A DNA stretch of 64,000 nt from Desulfatiglandales bacterium (GCA_963662465.1 OY759599.1:1312001-1376000), one strand, 5' to 3'. Positions 20,442 through 30,766 are shown, counted from the first letter of the stretch. Numbers and translations are program-made. The notes: generated from the letters alone by a model not told the origin.

Positions 20442-20473
20442 TCCCAGACATCTGATCACTCCCAAAGACGAGC
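20420..20473. repeat. About 54-bp dispersed repeat, second copy at 25849-25903
   Basis: CCATCAGGCATCTGCCGAAT.ATCCCAGACATCTGATCACTCCCAAAGA.GAGC at both sites. Confidence 0.75.
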
Positions 20474-20521
20474 TGAGAAGGCTTCGACAAAGAATCCGGT
20501 GATGGCGCCCGCCAGGACCCT

Positions 20522-22424
20522 ATAGGGGTAGGAAAGAGCCTCTTGGCTCTCCCCTCCCTCCGAACCGTGCATGCGGTTCTCCCGCACACGGCTCTCCGGT
20601 CGATAGTTTCCTCATCGGGATCGGCACGCTGCTAACCGGGCCTCATGCATAGTGAAAAGCCCGATTTTCGCGAAGTAGGCATTCGGCCAGCGGCGGTGGG
20701 CTTCAAGGCTTTTGCCCCAGCCCTTGCGTTTGTTACGACGCAATAATACGGCGCGTAAGCGTCGGCGGACAAACTTATCCACCGCCGCAAACTCAGTGCG
20801 GTAGGCGTGTTTGAAGTAACCAAACCAGCCTTCGAGCATGGGGTTCAGATCATCAATGATGCTTTCCATACTTCCGCTACGTTTGCGCCGGGTCTCTTCC
20901 CGGATTTTATCACGAAGGGCTTTACGGCTTTTACTGCGTATCCAGCGCTTTCCTGCCTCAAACCGGTATCCCAGGAATTCAAATCCCTGACCCTTTTGTC
21001 GACAGTCGCCAAGATGCGTCTTGTCCGGGTGTAAGCTCAGGTCATTAGCCTGTACCCACTCCCGTACCTTTTGCAAAGCATTCTCCGCTTCCGTTTGACT
21101 GCGGCTGAGGATAACAAAGTCGTCCGCGTAACGCACCATCCGCATACCTGATTCCGCGATCAGGCTGTCAAGAGGATGCAGGTAAATATTCGCAAGCAAG
21201 GGGCTGACTACCGCCCCTTGTGGCGAACCACCCGTCGGTGTCCATCTTTCCAAGCCGTCCATCACGTCCTGTTTCAGGAACATTTGAATCAGATTGAGCA
21301 ATTTGCCGTCGCTGATGCGCATTTCGACTTGTTGCATCAGCTTATCGTGCGGAATCGTATCAAAGTAACTTTTCAGGTCGGCGTCCAGTATGAAGGTGTA
21401 GCCTTCCTTAATAAGCGCGTCTACTTCTCGCAACGCGTCCTTGCAACCTCTTTGCGGCCTGAAGCCGTAACTCATCGGCAGAAATTCATGCTCGAATATG
21501 GGCTCCATAACCATTTTAACCGCTGCCTGCACTACCCGGTCTTTGACCGTGGGTATCCCCAGCGGGCGTTGTTTGCCGTCGCTTTTCGGAATGTATACCC
21601 GTTTTACCGCTTCCGGTCGGTACGTTCCCGCTTTCAAGGTTTCATGCAGTTCGGCAAGGTATTTCTCCGCCTGCTCCTTAAAGCGCTTTATGCTGATACG
21701 GTCTATCCCTGCCGCTCCTTTATTGGCTTTGACACGTCCCCAAGCCGCTTCCAGCGTCGACAAGGCGAACACCTTATCCATCAAACTGTACCATTTACCA
21801 CCTTTCACCCCGTTACCCAGGGCTGCCAACATACGTTCCGTCCACACCGATGCTTCCACCCAATCCCATCGGGTTTCTGCCTCGCGTTTAGTTGTTTCCA
21901 ACACTGCCGAGACTGCTTGATTTAGCTGCATCTATATGACCTTTCCGTATCTATCTTCCTATCCTCCTTCCCTCGGCACGGTTTTGCTATCCGCGCTTTT
22001 CACAACCCGGTATCCGACGCAGGCGGCGGGTACTGGTCTCACGCCGTAAGCCTTGTTAGCAGGACCGTTCTGTCGCTACGGTACTATGAGGACTCTGACT
22101 CCTGCCTCCTGTCACCCCAAGAGACAGGTCTCCCTGCTTATCTCGCTTTACCTTCCAGTCATTCCGACCCCAAACATACCATGCCGTCAAACCATCGCTT
22201 TAACCGCCATTACAGCGTGGTCTGTGAGTTTCAGGCTTCACCATGGAACGGTAGGCTCGCCACCACATGACACCGAATCGGGTTCGTCATCCTACGGACT
22301 GACTTTTCGCCTCCGGTTGCTCTCCACCCCGCCTCGCGGCGACGCAGTTACCTTCGGCTACGGAGCTATGGCATACTCCGGTACGGATTTTCACCGCACT
22401 GATAAAGCGCCTTCACAGGCGCAC
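20522..22424 (-). mobile_element. Complete group II intron (1903 nt)
   Basis: Minus-strand 5' end GTGCGCC; domain V GAGCCGTGTGCGGGAGAACCGCATGCACGGTTC; domain VI ending ACCCCTAT. Excision restores an intact REP. Confidence 0.9.
20612..21931 (-). CDS. ltrA: Group II intron reverse transcriptase/maturase (no endonuclease domain)
   Basis: RPLGIPTVKDR, SYGFRP, GSPQG..SPLLANIYL, RYADD, FLGY and the maturase X domain. Confidence 0.95.
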   Translation of the reverse strand: MQLNQAVSAVLETTKREAETRWDWVEASVWTERMLAALGNGVKGGKWYSLMDKVFALSTLEAAWGRVKANKGAAGIDRISIKRFKEQAEKYLAELHETLKAGTYRPEAVKRVYIPKSDGKQRPLGIPTVKDRVVQAAVKMVMEPIFEHEFLPMSYGFRPQRGCKDALREVDALIKEGYTFILDADLKSYFDTIPHDKLMQQVEMRISDGKLLNLIQMFLKQDVMDGLERWTPTGGSPQGAVVSPLLANIYLHPLDSLIAESGMRMVRYADDFVILSRSQTEAENALQKVREWVQANDLSLHPDKTHLGDCRQKGQGFEFLGYRFEAGKRWIRSKSRKALRDKIREETRRKRSGSMESIIDDLNPMLEGWFGYFKHAYRTEFAAVDKFVRRRLRAVLLRRNKRKGWGKSLEAHRRWPNAYFAKIGLFTMHEARLAACRSR

Positions 22425-22470
22425 CGTTCCCACGCTCTGCGTGGGAACCTGCTACGGACGCTCTGCGTCC
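22425..22470. repeat. REP family A (CCTCGTTCCCACGCTCTGCGTGGGAAC); other copies at 28570, 45896, 49874, 52870, 53418, 54938, 55989
   Basis: GTTCCCA...TGGGAAC palindromes, eight copies. The 45896 and 49874 copies are identical over about 49 bp. Confidence 0.85.
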
Positions 22471-22596
22471 ATCGTTTTTCAGGTTTACCCGGTCCTGGAT
22501 CGATGTTACCTGTTTTAGTTGCTGTGAATTCACGGCAATAAAGTGGGGACTCTCCCGTTCCAATGCGCCATATGAGAATTGAAGAGGATACTGATA

Positions 22597-23694
22597 ATGA
22601 ACATATCTTGCACAAAATGCTTTACGACAATTCTGCTTGAAGGTCCCATTGCTCCGACCGGTTCAAAAGTGACATGTGCGGGGTGCGGGTCAGCGTTTAC
22701 GATCTATCCTTCAAAAACTGTTATCGGCGACTTCGTAAAATATGTCATGAACAATTCTGATATTTCGGCAAGGGCTTGTTCAATGATCCGGGGTCATGTT
22801 CGTGATGTGGATATTTTCTTACGATCATCGCGAAAGGATTTCCTCGGATTCCGGAATTGTGGTCAAAAAATAACCAGTGAATTGATCAAATTTCAGCGTG
22901 AACTGAGAAAAAAACTGGATTACGGCGCAGGGCAAAATGAATCTGAAGATGAAATCGTCGAAAGCCATCATAAGGCCGTCATCGCGTTCCTTTCAAGAGA
23001 CGTATTTTTCAAAGAGGTCCTTGACTCCAAATTATCGCAGGCTTATTTCAAAGCGCTGCGGCACCACGGAATCGATACCCTGGAAAAAGTTTTGGCCCTG
23101 AGCTATCAAGATGTGCTTCGAATTAAGCACGTTGGGCGTAAGACCCTGCGCCTGTTTCGTGGGTTTCAAGAGATCTGCTCTGAAATTGTAAAGACCATTG
23201 TCGATTCGGAAGTGCTTCGTTTCAAAGATTTCAAATGGGTGGTGAGACAGGATCAAACGATTCGAAATATCCTCTCCCACGGAAAAAATATGGATGTGGA
23301 TGCTCCTTTTTTTTCCCTGTCTCAATGGATACTGGAAAACAGCCGGCATTCTGAACGAAACAGGGATGTATTTATGTGCCGAATGGGGATGTTGGGTGAG
23401 CCCGGGATGACGTATGATAATATCGGTATAAGGTATAATATTTCAAAAGGACGCGTCCAGCAGATCATCCTGAAAGTACAATCCAATGGACGTCGTCCCC
23501 TCCAGAGAATAAGGCTTGATCCTTTGATCGCAAAGGCAGCCGAAATTGTAAAAACCGGCGGAGGAAAAACAGGGCTCTCGGAATTAACCGAATCCTTGTT
23601 GAATTGCGGGCCTCAAGGCGAGCTCCTGAAACATGCGGAACCCTTTGTTGACTATTTGAAATCCTTCCCTGAATGGGAAGAAGTCATGAGATGA
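22597..23694 (+). CDS. Zn-ribbon / 2x RNAP alpha-CTD-like / sigma70 region 4 protein, copy 1
   Basis: CTKC-x18-CAGC; SARACSM..RNCGQK and GIDTLEKVL..KHVGRKT HhH repeats; SERNRDVF..MTYDNIG..ISKGRVQQI HTH; RBS GAGGA. Confidence 0.75.
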   Translation: MNISCTKCFTTILLEGPIAPTGSKVTCAGCGSAFTIYPSKTVIGDFVKYVMNNSDISARACSMIRGHVRDVDIFLRSSRKDFLGFRNCGQKITSELIKFQRELRKKLDYGAGQNESEDEIVESHHKAVIAFLSRDVFFKEVLDSKLSQAYFKALRHHGIDTLEKVLALSYQDVLRIKHVGRKTLRLFRGFQEICSEIVKTIVDSEVLRFKDFKWVVRQDQTIRNILSHGKNMDVDAPFFSLSQWILENSRHSERNRDVFMCRMGMLGEPGMTYDNIGIRYNISKGRVQQIILKVQSNGRRPLQRIRLDPLIAKAAEIVKTGGGKTGLSELTESLLNCGPQGELLKHAEPFVDYLKSFPEWEEVMR

Positions 23695-23700
23695 TTGAGG

Positions 23701-23718
23701 GTCAAGACTTTGATTGAC
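23701..23718. repeat. Junction hairpin GTCAAGWCTTTGATTGAC; copies at 26552, 35079, 48423, partial at 27746 and 47266
   Basis: GTCAA/TTGAC inverted arms preceded by G-runs, located at module boundaries. Confidence 0.75.
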
Positions 23719-23871
23719 TTGTTTTGCAGCCCTAACACGAATGAGGCGGGGGAAGTCAAAGTGCCGGCCGATATCGCCAACAGGCAATACGCGATCGAGG
23801 TTCAGAGGCTTGTGAACATCCAGGTTCCTAATCCAAGTACAGGAGATGCGTGAATGGTCGGAAGAAAAACA

Positions 23872-24026
23872 GGCTCATCGTGGATTCGCGTGAGATTTGG
23901 CTTCTGAGCCGATTGTAGGTGCGACTTCAGTCGCACATTAAGCCGACCCTGTGCGACTGAAGTCGCACCTACAGCCCGAACCGAAACAATTTCAAAGCGC
24001 GATTTCACGTTAATCCGCGATGAACC
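23872..24026. mobile_element. 155-bp MITE with 8-bp TSD carrying a REP doublet
   Basis: GAAAAACA duplicated at 23864-71 and 24027-34, single in the paralogues at 26705 and 48576; imperfect 25-bp TIRs; internal perfect inverted 24-mers at 23914-37 and 23950-73. Confidence 0.85.
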
Positions 24027-24395
24027 GAAAAACAAAACCATCGACTGAAATCGAAACGATTGAATTCGCCATTGAGGACGCATTGAGACCCGGTGACTTT
24101 ATTGAGTATGATTTTAGCTGGTCTTTCACATCCGGTCTTGAAGAGGTCAGAAGTATCATCGAAAACTTCACCATCAGGGAACCCGTTCGCGGCATTGGTC
24201 TAATCGAGACATTTATCGCTGCCTGTTATGAGAAAGCGGATGAGATCGATGACTCCAGCGGATCATTCGGCGATTTTGTTGAAGCGCTGTTTTGTTCCTG
24301 GGTCAATGCCAGACAACGCGCGGACTGTACGGCGAAGGAAACCGTTGATCGCCTTCTTGCGTGGATCGATAACGACGACTACGGTTTTACTTACT
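24020..24395 (+). pseudogene. DUF6880-like protein, copy 1 (3'-truncated)
   Basis: Matches the 26705 and 48576 copies up to YGFTY, then unrelated sequence. Confidence 0.7.
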
Positions 24396-24561
24396 TGAGT
24401 TTTCGAAAAAAAGTAACGGACACGGTAGGAACACTGTTTTATTCGATCATGCGCTCAAAACAAACCTCAAAGCGACCTGTATCGTAGTCCTTTATTACAG
24501 CGATGGTGGAATAATCAAATTTCCCATTGCTCATCGAATCTATTACCAGGATAGCAATAAG

Positions 24562-24770
24562 ATGCTTTGGCAGAAAGGGAAAAAGCATATTTGCAAACCG
24601 AAATACGAATTGGCAATTGATATGTTTCAATGGGCTATCGACAGGGGTTTTCCCAGAGGCATCGTCCTTGCGGACTCCTGGTTCGGGAGCGGTCCATTTG
24701 TAAAAGGACTTAAAGGGTTAAAGTTGAGTTATGTTATTGAAATAAAGTCAACTTTAACCGTAAGAGAGAG
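24562..24770 (+). pseudogene. IS701-like DDE transposase fragment
   Basis: KPKYELAIDM..RGIVLADSWFG..LSYVIEIKS resembles the second-Asp region of IS701-type transposases. Confidence 0.55.
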
Positions 24771-25196
24771 GTTTGCGCTGTACCGTTTTTGTGCCGGACC
24801 GGGGGTGTTCTGGGCCCCAAAAAAACGCGGGCGCGAGGTCTGAGAGGGCGACATGGCAGCAGAATATTATGGTTTCCAAAGACATACCCCAAAAACCCGA
24901 TAATTGGACATCCTAATCCCTTTAACTTTAAATTAAATGCTTTATTTGTAACTATTTTAAGCAAATTGGATTAGGCGGCTCTGGCTATTGGCCGTACAAG
25001 GGAGCGCATTTGCTCAATATGGCCAGCCCTTACATGACCAAGGGCCATTGCCATCATTACGGCTGTGGCCAAGCAGATTAAGTGAGAATTTTCACATTAT
25101 TTGCGCGTAAAAAGTGTTATGGTCCACGAAAATTGCTTGTAATAAATGCTCTGGATCAATTTCCTGAGCCACGTCATTTTCAATAATCTGAAAACG

Positions 25197-25493
25197 CTAT
25201 ACGCCGTCCACGAAGAGATTCAAGCGTTTTTTTTCTTCATACACCTTTTCTGATAACAGTTCTCTGAGCAACGCCTGATAGGAAACCATCCCCTTTATCC
25301 TTGCCAGCCTGCGCAAATCATCTATGATGAACTCCGGAAGAGAAACCGAGGTCCTGAACATTTTCAGCTTCCCTCCATATTTGGGAACGACATTCATGGA
25401 TTTCCTGAAGGTTTCGGGCCTTTCAAGGTCAAAATCACTGAGTTCGTACTGCTCAGCATCATTTTCTCTCTTATTGTCTCGAGTATTTTTCAT
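25197..25493 (-). CDS. BrnA/CopG-like antitoxin
   Basis: TSVSLP..LARIKG..YQALLR C-terminal RHH; overlaps the toxin gene. Confidence 0.7.
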   Translation of the reverse strand: MKNTRDNKRENDAEQYELSDFDLERPETFRKSMNVVPKYGGKLKMFRTSVSLPEFIIDDLRRLARIKGMVSYQALLRELLSEKVYEEKKRLNLFVDGV

Positions 25494-25782
25494 AATTTTG
25501 CCTCTCATTTATTTTCATATCCCTCGCATGAATTGGTCGGGCAACTTCGCCGGACTTATGCTGAAATACGACGAAAAGATAGCGCCCACCAAAGGTCCGG
25601 CCTAATAACACACGGCGATCTGAGATTTTCTTATGAGGGAAAATAGTAAAAGGAGGATTATTAAAACACTGTTCAATTTCTTCCGCGGTTACCCCATGTT
25701 TTATTTCGTTTTTCCAGAGATTCCCCTCATCCCATTCTATGTATCGGTATCGCATATCCATGGCATAAAATGTACTTTCCAT
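25471..25782 (-). CDS. brnT: BrnT family toxin
   Basis: EWDEGN..KHGVT.EE, LGRTFGGRYLFVVF and RPIHARDM; start may be a downstream Met. Confidence 0.85.
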   Translation of the reverse strand: MESTFYAMDMRYRYIEWDEGNLWKNEIKHGVTAEEIEQCFNNPPFTIFPHKKISDRRVLLGRTFGGRYLFVVFQHKSGEVARPIHARDMKINERQNYEKYSRQ

Positions 25783-26126
25783 GGGGTATCAAGTCAAGGC
25801 TGATTTTGCAAACGGGAAGCCCTTGAAATTCTATAAATGAAAGATGCGCCATCAGGCATCTGCCGAATGATCCCAGACATCTGATCACTCCCAAAGATGA
25901 GCATGGATCAGTAACGATAGACAAGTATCACCTCCAGGCCCAAAATACTGCCAATTATTTCTATTGAACCGCAAGCCCATTTTGGCTATGCTCACCGCCG
26001 AAAAAAATGTCTTATCATTTCACCAAAGGAAAAGAAGGAGGAAAGGTGATGGCACGTGGGGTTTACTGGGGAAATTCGGCCTGCGGGATTGTGTCACTCT
26101 TGACTTTTCAAGAAAGAGGCGTTTGT

Positions 26127-26516
26127 ATGACAAAAAGATTTATGGCAGTGGCTTGTTGGTCTTTGATCTTTCCCGCTTTTCTTATGCTAATGGGTTGTAG
26201 CAGCGATTCCGGCGCCGAACCGGACAGAATATTCATCCATTTTTTTGTGGCGCCGCAATACATGCCGGACGGGACCTCCTCGGAGGAACAGATCCAGGCC
26301 CTTCGGCTTTGGCTGGCACGGGAAGCGGGGGGCTACACGGAATTTAAGGAAGCCCCGGGAGGCTGGATCGATGGGGCGGGAAATCTGCAGACCGAGGAGC
26401 AAGTGGCTTTTCTGGTATCGGCTCCCGCGAATCTCAAGGAAGCGATCCGCCAATATATGAGCCGGAACTTCGGACAAAGTCTCCCATACGTGGTGGTGTG
26501 GGAAAGCCTCCCGTGA
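26127..26516 (+). CDS. Putative lipoprotein (DUF3574-like)
   Basis: Lipobox LMGC; GGYT...GGWID pattern; RBS GAGG. Confidence 0.55.
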   Translation: MTKRFMAVACWSLIFPAFLMLMGCSSDSGAEPDRIFIHFFVAPQYMPDGTSSEEQIQALRLWLAREAGGYTEFKEAPGGWIDGAGNLQTEEQVAFLVSAPANLKEAIRQYMSRNFGQSLPYVVVWESLP

Positions 26517-26704
26517 ACGGAGTTCCGGGGACACCATACTTATGCTTGACGGTCAAGTCTTTGATTGACTTGTTTTGCCGCCCTGACACGAATGAGGCGG
26601 GCGAAGTCAAAGCGCCGGCCGATATCGCCAACAGGCAATACGCGATCGAGGTTCAGAGGCTTGTGAACATCCAGGTTCCTAATCCAAGTGCAGGAGATGC
26701 GTGA

Positions 26705-27732
26705 ATGGTCGGAAGAAAAACAAAACCATCGACTGAAATCGAAACGATTGAATTCGCCATTGAGGACGCATTGAGACCCGGTGACTTTATTGAGTATGAT
26801 TTTAGCTGGTCTTTCACATCCGGTCTTGAAGAGGTCCGAAGTATCATCGAAAACTTCACCATCAGGGAACCCGTTCGCGGCATTGATCTAATCGAGACAT
26901 TTATCGCTGCTTGTTATGAGAAAGCGGATGAGATCGATGACTCCAGCGGATCATTCGGCGATTTTGTTGAAGCGCTGTTTTGTTCCTGGGTCAATGCCAG
27001 ACAACGCGCGGACTGTGCGGCGAAGGAAACCGTTGATCGCCTTCTTGCGTGGATCGATAACAACGACTACGGTTTTACTTACAACCTGGAAAAAGAGGTT
27101 CCCCGGTTTCTCAACGAAGCGGGTTTGGAAGAATTTACGGCGGCCATCCGTGCGCGCTATGAAGCTGAAATGAAGAAAGAGCATCATCGAAGTCTCTGGG
27201 GCGGAACCCTCAAAAGTATTTATGCCGCCGGCGGTGACTTCGATGCATATCTCTCAATCTGCAATGAGACGGAACTTCTGCCTGTGGATTGCGAAACCCT
27301 GGCGGAAATGCGCCTTTCACATGGAAACCCGGCAGAAGCGCTGAAATGGGTGGAAAAGGGTCTTGAAATCGAGAGCAATACTCAGGTGTACCGGGGGTCA
27401 AGCTATAAACTGGTCACGCGGAAATACTCGTCGAAGCCCACCCGGACGTGGCGGGGACGCTTTATCAGGCCATGGGACTGCGGATCGTCAATGCCAAAAA
27501 GAGCCGGTATTACAGCGCTGCCCTGTCTAATTTTAAACACGCGAAGCATTGCTACGAAAAGGCCGGTCTCAAAACAGCCTGGCTTGAACTGGTTGAAGAC
27601 GTTAAAGCCAGGCATTCCAGAAAATACAGTTTCATGCCGGGATTTGAACAGGTGGTTGAGGGGAAAGGTCCGGATACCAAACCATCGTTTATGGATTTGG
27701 CAAAAAAACGGGCAGGGAAAAACAGGCTCTGA
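26705..27732 (+). pseudogene. DUF6880-like protein, copy 2 (internal deletion/frameshift near 27418)
   Basis: N-terminal part matches copy 3 up to YKLVT; C-terminal part (YQAMGLRIVNAKKSRYY..HSRKYSFM) lies in another frame. Confidence 0.75.
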
Positions 27733-27906
27733 ATTCGGCCCGGGGGTCTTTGATTGACTTGTTCCTGCCGCCTTGATGGCAATGAACCAGGGGGGGGAAT
27801 ACCTGTTTTTTTGTCTTGGCCCGGACTGGCCGGACTGCGACTGTTTACTCCCGAACAGATGGAGAGCGGGGTTTTGTATACAAGATGGTTACCCCCGGTA
27901 TGAATT

Positions 27907-28323
27907 TCAAACGGAAGCCCCAGAGGGGTTGGCTTGAATCACATTATGTGCAGCATGTACAAGAAATGAGGACCGTGACATACCCCTCTTTTTTGCGGCA
28001 GCATCGATTTGCCTGAGCGTCATTTCGGGCAGGGTGATATTGACACGGACAGTTCGGGGTTTTGACTCGGGACCCGTAACAACAAGGAAAGCGGTGGCAT
28101 CCGCATAGTCGGGATCGTTCATAATTTCTTCAAGTTTAGAAGAAAATGGCAATTTGTCACCGTCTTCGAACATTCCCTGAATATGAAAGGTGAGGGCCTC
28201 CTCGGCCATATCCTTTGCTTCATCGATGTTTTTCCCAGCGGTAATGCAACCGGGAAAATCAGGAAATGAAACGCTGAAATCGCTTTTGGAATCTTTGTGA
28301 ACGACGGCGATATAATTTGACAT
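27907..28323 (-). CDS. hicB: HicB antitoxin, copy 1
   Basis: VSFPDFPGCITAG and RVNITLP..MSRSSFL. Confidence 0.9.
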   Translation of the reverse strand: MSNYIAVVHKDSKSDFSVSFPDFPGCITAGKNIDEAKDMAEEALTFHIQGMFEDGDKLPFSSKLEEIMNDPDYADATAFLVVTGPESKPRTVRVNITLPEMTLRQIDAAAKKRGMSRSSFLVHAAHNVIQANPSGASV

Positions 28324-28332
28324 GGGAAAACC

Positions 28333-28496
28333 TCAATTGAACTTGATACCCGATTGGCGTTCGATACTCTTTAATGTGCCAATGTGTATGTCCCTTTTTG
28401 GATGTGGAACCGTTACGCGCCCCTTTATATCAGGATGTCGAAATTGGGTGTGAGAACCGGATGTTGCGACTCTAATCCATCCGTTTTTCGTTGAGA
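28333..28496 (-). pseudogene. hicA: HicA toxin, 5'-truncated
   Basis: Matches 38275-38437 but lacks the start codon and promoter; 1-nt indel at the junction. Confidence 0.75.
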
Positions 28497-28528
28497 TTTA
28501 CAACTAGATGATATGGTTTCGTTTTTTC

Positions 28529-28566
28529 ACTTAAAACTTAAAACTTAAAACCTAAAACTTAAAACC
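28529..28566. repeat. (ACTTAAA)n heptamer tandem repeat
   Basis: About 5.5 units directly before a REP-A copy. Confidence 0.8.
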
Positions 28567-28668
28567 TTTCCTCGTTCCCACGCAGAGCATGGGAACGGGT
28601 GCAATACAAAAAAGTTTCATAGAACAAAACGTGATCATTTCCGTAGAACAATCACCAGGCCGCCAACT

Positions 28669-28750
28669 GGGCAGACACACAGGTCTGCCCCGACCCACCC
28701 CCATCTTTTGATTCACGATATGCCCGTAGGGGCGGACCTATGTGTCCGCC
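28669..28750. repeat. GTAG-type REP doublet (GTAGGGGCGGACCTATGTGTCCGCC); related pair at 52444-52548, partial at 38512
   Basis: Two inverted GGGCRGAC..GTCYGCCC palindromes. Confidence 0.75.
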
Positions 28751-28767
28751 TTTTATGCCTGCCTGCA

Positions 28768-29088
28768 TCACTTTTTTTGCACCCCATGGGAACGAGCCCA
28801 CAAAACAATCAAAGTGTAAATTACAAAATGAAAGATGCCAAATTTTTCTATTTTCAACAACTGCCTGGTTAGCGTTTTTTCATTAATAGCGCCTTCTTCG
28901 AGATCATAAATGAATTCAGGCTGATTGAGCCACTCTTCCAGGTGGGCCTGAAGCAGCATAAGATTTCCTGTCTTCTCCTTGTATGACTCCGCGGCTTTAA
29001 AATAGCGCCACTTCTCCGCCATGAGCTTCTCAATCTGCTTAAGCTCCTTGTTTACCCTCGGTTTTCTTGGATCTTTCCAGACATGCAT
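28768..29088 (-). CDS. Hypothetical protein
   Basis: 106-aa ORF with a C-terminal hydrophobic stretch; no family recognised. Confidence 0.4.
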   Translation of the reverse strand: MHVWKDPRKPRVNKELKQIEKLMAEKWRYFKAAESYKEKTGNLMLLQAHLEEWLNQPEFIYDLEEGAINEKTLTRQLLKIEKFGIFHFVIYTLIVLWARSHGVQKK

Positions 29089-29307
29089 TCATTCTAATGC
29101 AATCGATTTATTAATTAATGCAAGATTTTCCACTTTGTGGGGGTATGGGGACATAGGGGTTGATGCTGAAGTCATGGTCGTCCGGCGCCCCCACAAAGGC
29201 GGCTGGTTAACAAGCGTATCTTTAAGCAATCCACAGGCGTTATCCGATGGTATCTCCCAGGCGGACTACGGATTGACGCTTCCTGTGTCTTTTGGTATGT
29301 TGCCGGC

Positions 29308-29480
29308 ATGCCTAGACAAGCCCGAATTGATGTGTCAGGTGTTCTCCACCACATCATTGTCAGGCTGATTGAGCGAAACAGGACCTTTCAGGATGATCTG
29401 GACAGGGATGATTTCCTGAACGTACTGGGCCATATATTGCCTGAATTCAGGACCGGATGCTACGTGTGGGCATTGCTTGA
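29308..29480 (+). pseudogene. Y1/RAYT transposase 5' fragment
   Basis: MPRQARIDVSGVLHHIIVR..CYVWAL is homologous to the 44868 gene; it stops just before the HUH motif. Confidence 0.8.
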
Positions 29481-29588
29481 GGATTTTACGAGCCATTCTG
29501 CTTGTGATTTGACGTTAACTATAAATAGAATATCTTAGCGTAACCCAACGGTCGGCAGAGGCGTTGGTGAGCTTAACGGTGACAACAT

Positions 29589-30650
29589 ATGATGAAATTG
29601 AGTGATATGGGTTTCGACCAAGGGTTTCAATTGCATGTCGGTGACTTGTGTCAAGAGGACCGGGATATTGCGCGTATATCGGCAGTTGACCGCGGCGCAT
29701 ACCGCATCAGAAATCAAACCAGGGAAGTCCCGGCTGAACTCGCCGGGAAGTTCTATTTCCAGGTAGACGCTTCGATTGACCTGCCGTGTGTCGGCGATTG
29801 GGTGACAGTGCAATATCACAACAACGACGCCGCGGCAATTATTCATGAGGTGTTTCCGAGAAAGACGTTTTTACGCCGCAAATCCGCCGGTGAAAAGGTG
29901 GATTTCCAGATGATTGCGGCCAACATTGACGTCGCTTTCATTGTCCAGTCGTGCCACTTTGACTTCAACGTGCGGAGAATGGATCGGTACCTGGTGATGG
30001 CGGCAGACGGGGGTGTTGAACCGATTATTGTTCTTACCAAGACGGACTTGATTGCCCCTGAAGAACTGGAACGGAAGCTTGCCGCCATTACGTCGAGGAC
30101 CATTACAGCCGGAGTCCTTCCCCTCAGCAATGTCACGGGCATCGGATTTGACGAATTCCAGCAGGTGTTAGTCTCGGGAAAAACATATTGTCTGCTCGGT
30201 TCATCGGGGGTTGGCAAAACAACACTCCTCAACCGTCTGATCGGGCAAGACGCTTTTGACACAAAGGCCGTTAGTGGAACGGGAGAAGGCATACATACCA
30301 CTACGCGCCGCCAGCTTATCGTTCTTAATCAAGGTTCCATGCTGATTGATACGCCTGGAATGCGAGAACTGGGTCTTCTCGGTGTAAGCGAAGGGGTCAA
30401 CCAGGGTTTTGATGACATTGTTCAGCTTTCCCTGAATTGTCGCTATCCGAATTGTGGCCACACGCGGGAACCCGGCTGTGCGGTCCGAGCCGCGTTAACG
30501 AGCGGTGCATTGGCCGAAGATCGCTATTCAAGCTATAAAAAGCTCAAGAATGAGTCGGAGTACCATGAGCTGTCGTACCTGGAAAAACGGAAGAAGGATA
30601 GAGCATTCGGACGCTTCATCAAATCTGCAAAGAAGCAAATGAAGGTCTGA
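29589..30650 (+). CDS. rsgA: Ribosome small subunit-dependent GTPase A
   Basis: VGDWV, AANID, TKTD, GSSGVGKTT, HTTT, DTPG and C-terminal CRYPNCGH..EPGC zinc site. Confidence 0.92.
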   Translation: MMKLSDMGFDQGFQLHVGDLCQEDRDIARISAVDRGAYRIRNQTREVPAELAGKFYFQVDASIDLPCVGDWVTVQYHNNDAAAIIHEVFPRKTFLRRKSAGEKVDFQMIAANIDVAFIVQSCHFDFNVRRMDRYLVMAADGGVEPIIVLTKTDLIAPEELERKLAAITSRTITAGVLPLSNVTGIGFDEFQQVLVSGKTYCLLGSSGVGKTTLLNRLIGQDAFDTKAVSGTGEGIHTTTRRQLIVLNQGSMLIDTPGMRELGLLGVSEGVNQGFDDIVQLSLNCRYPNCGHTREPGCAVRAALTSGALAEDRYSSYKKLKNESEYHELSYLEKRKKDRAFGRFIKSAKKQMKV

Positions 30651-30766
30651 AATGGGCACGGAACTACTTGATGTATCCGACTTCCCGCAGTCGCGGTTCA
30701 TCACGGCGTTGGATTGATAGACAAGCAGGATGAAGTCCCTGCCCATAGCTCATCGCTCATCGCCTG

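Noticed and set aside
20612..21931. RT as retron, DGR or defence RT
   Set aside because: Clear group II intron 5' end, domains V/VI and maturase domain.
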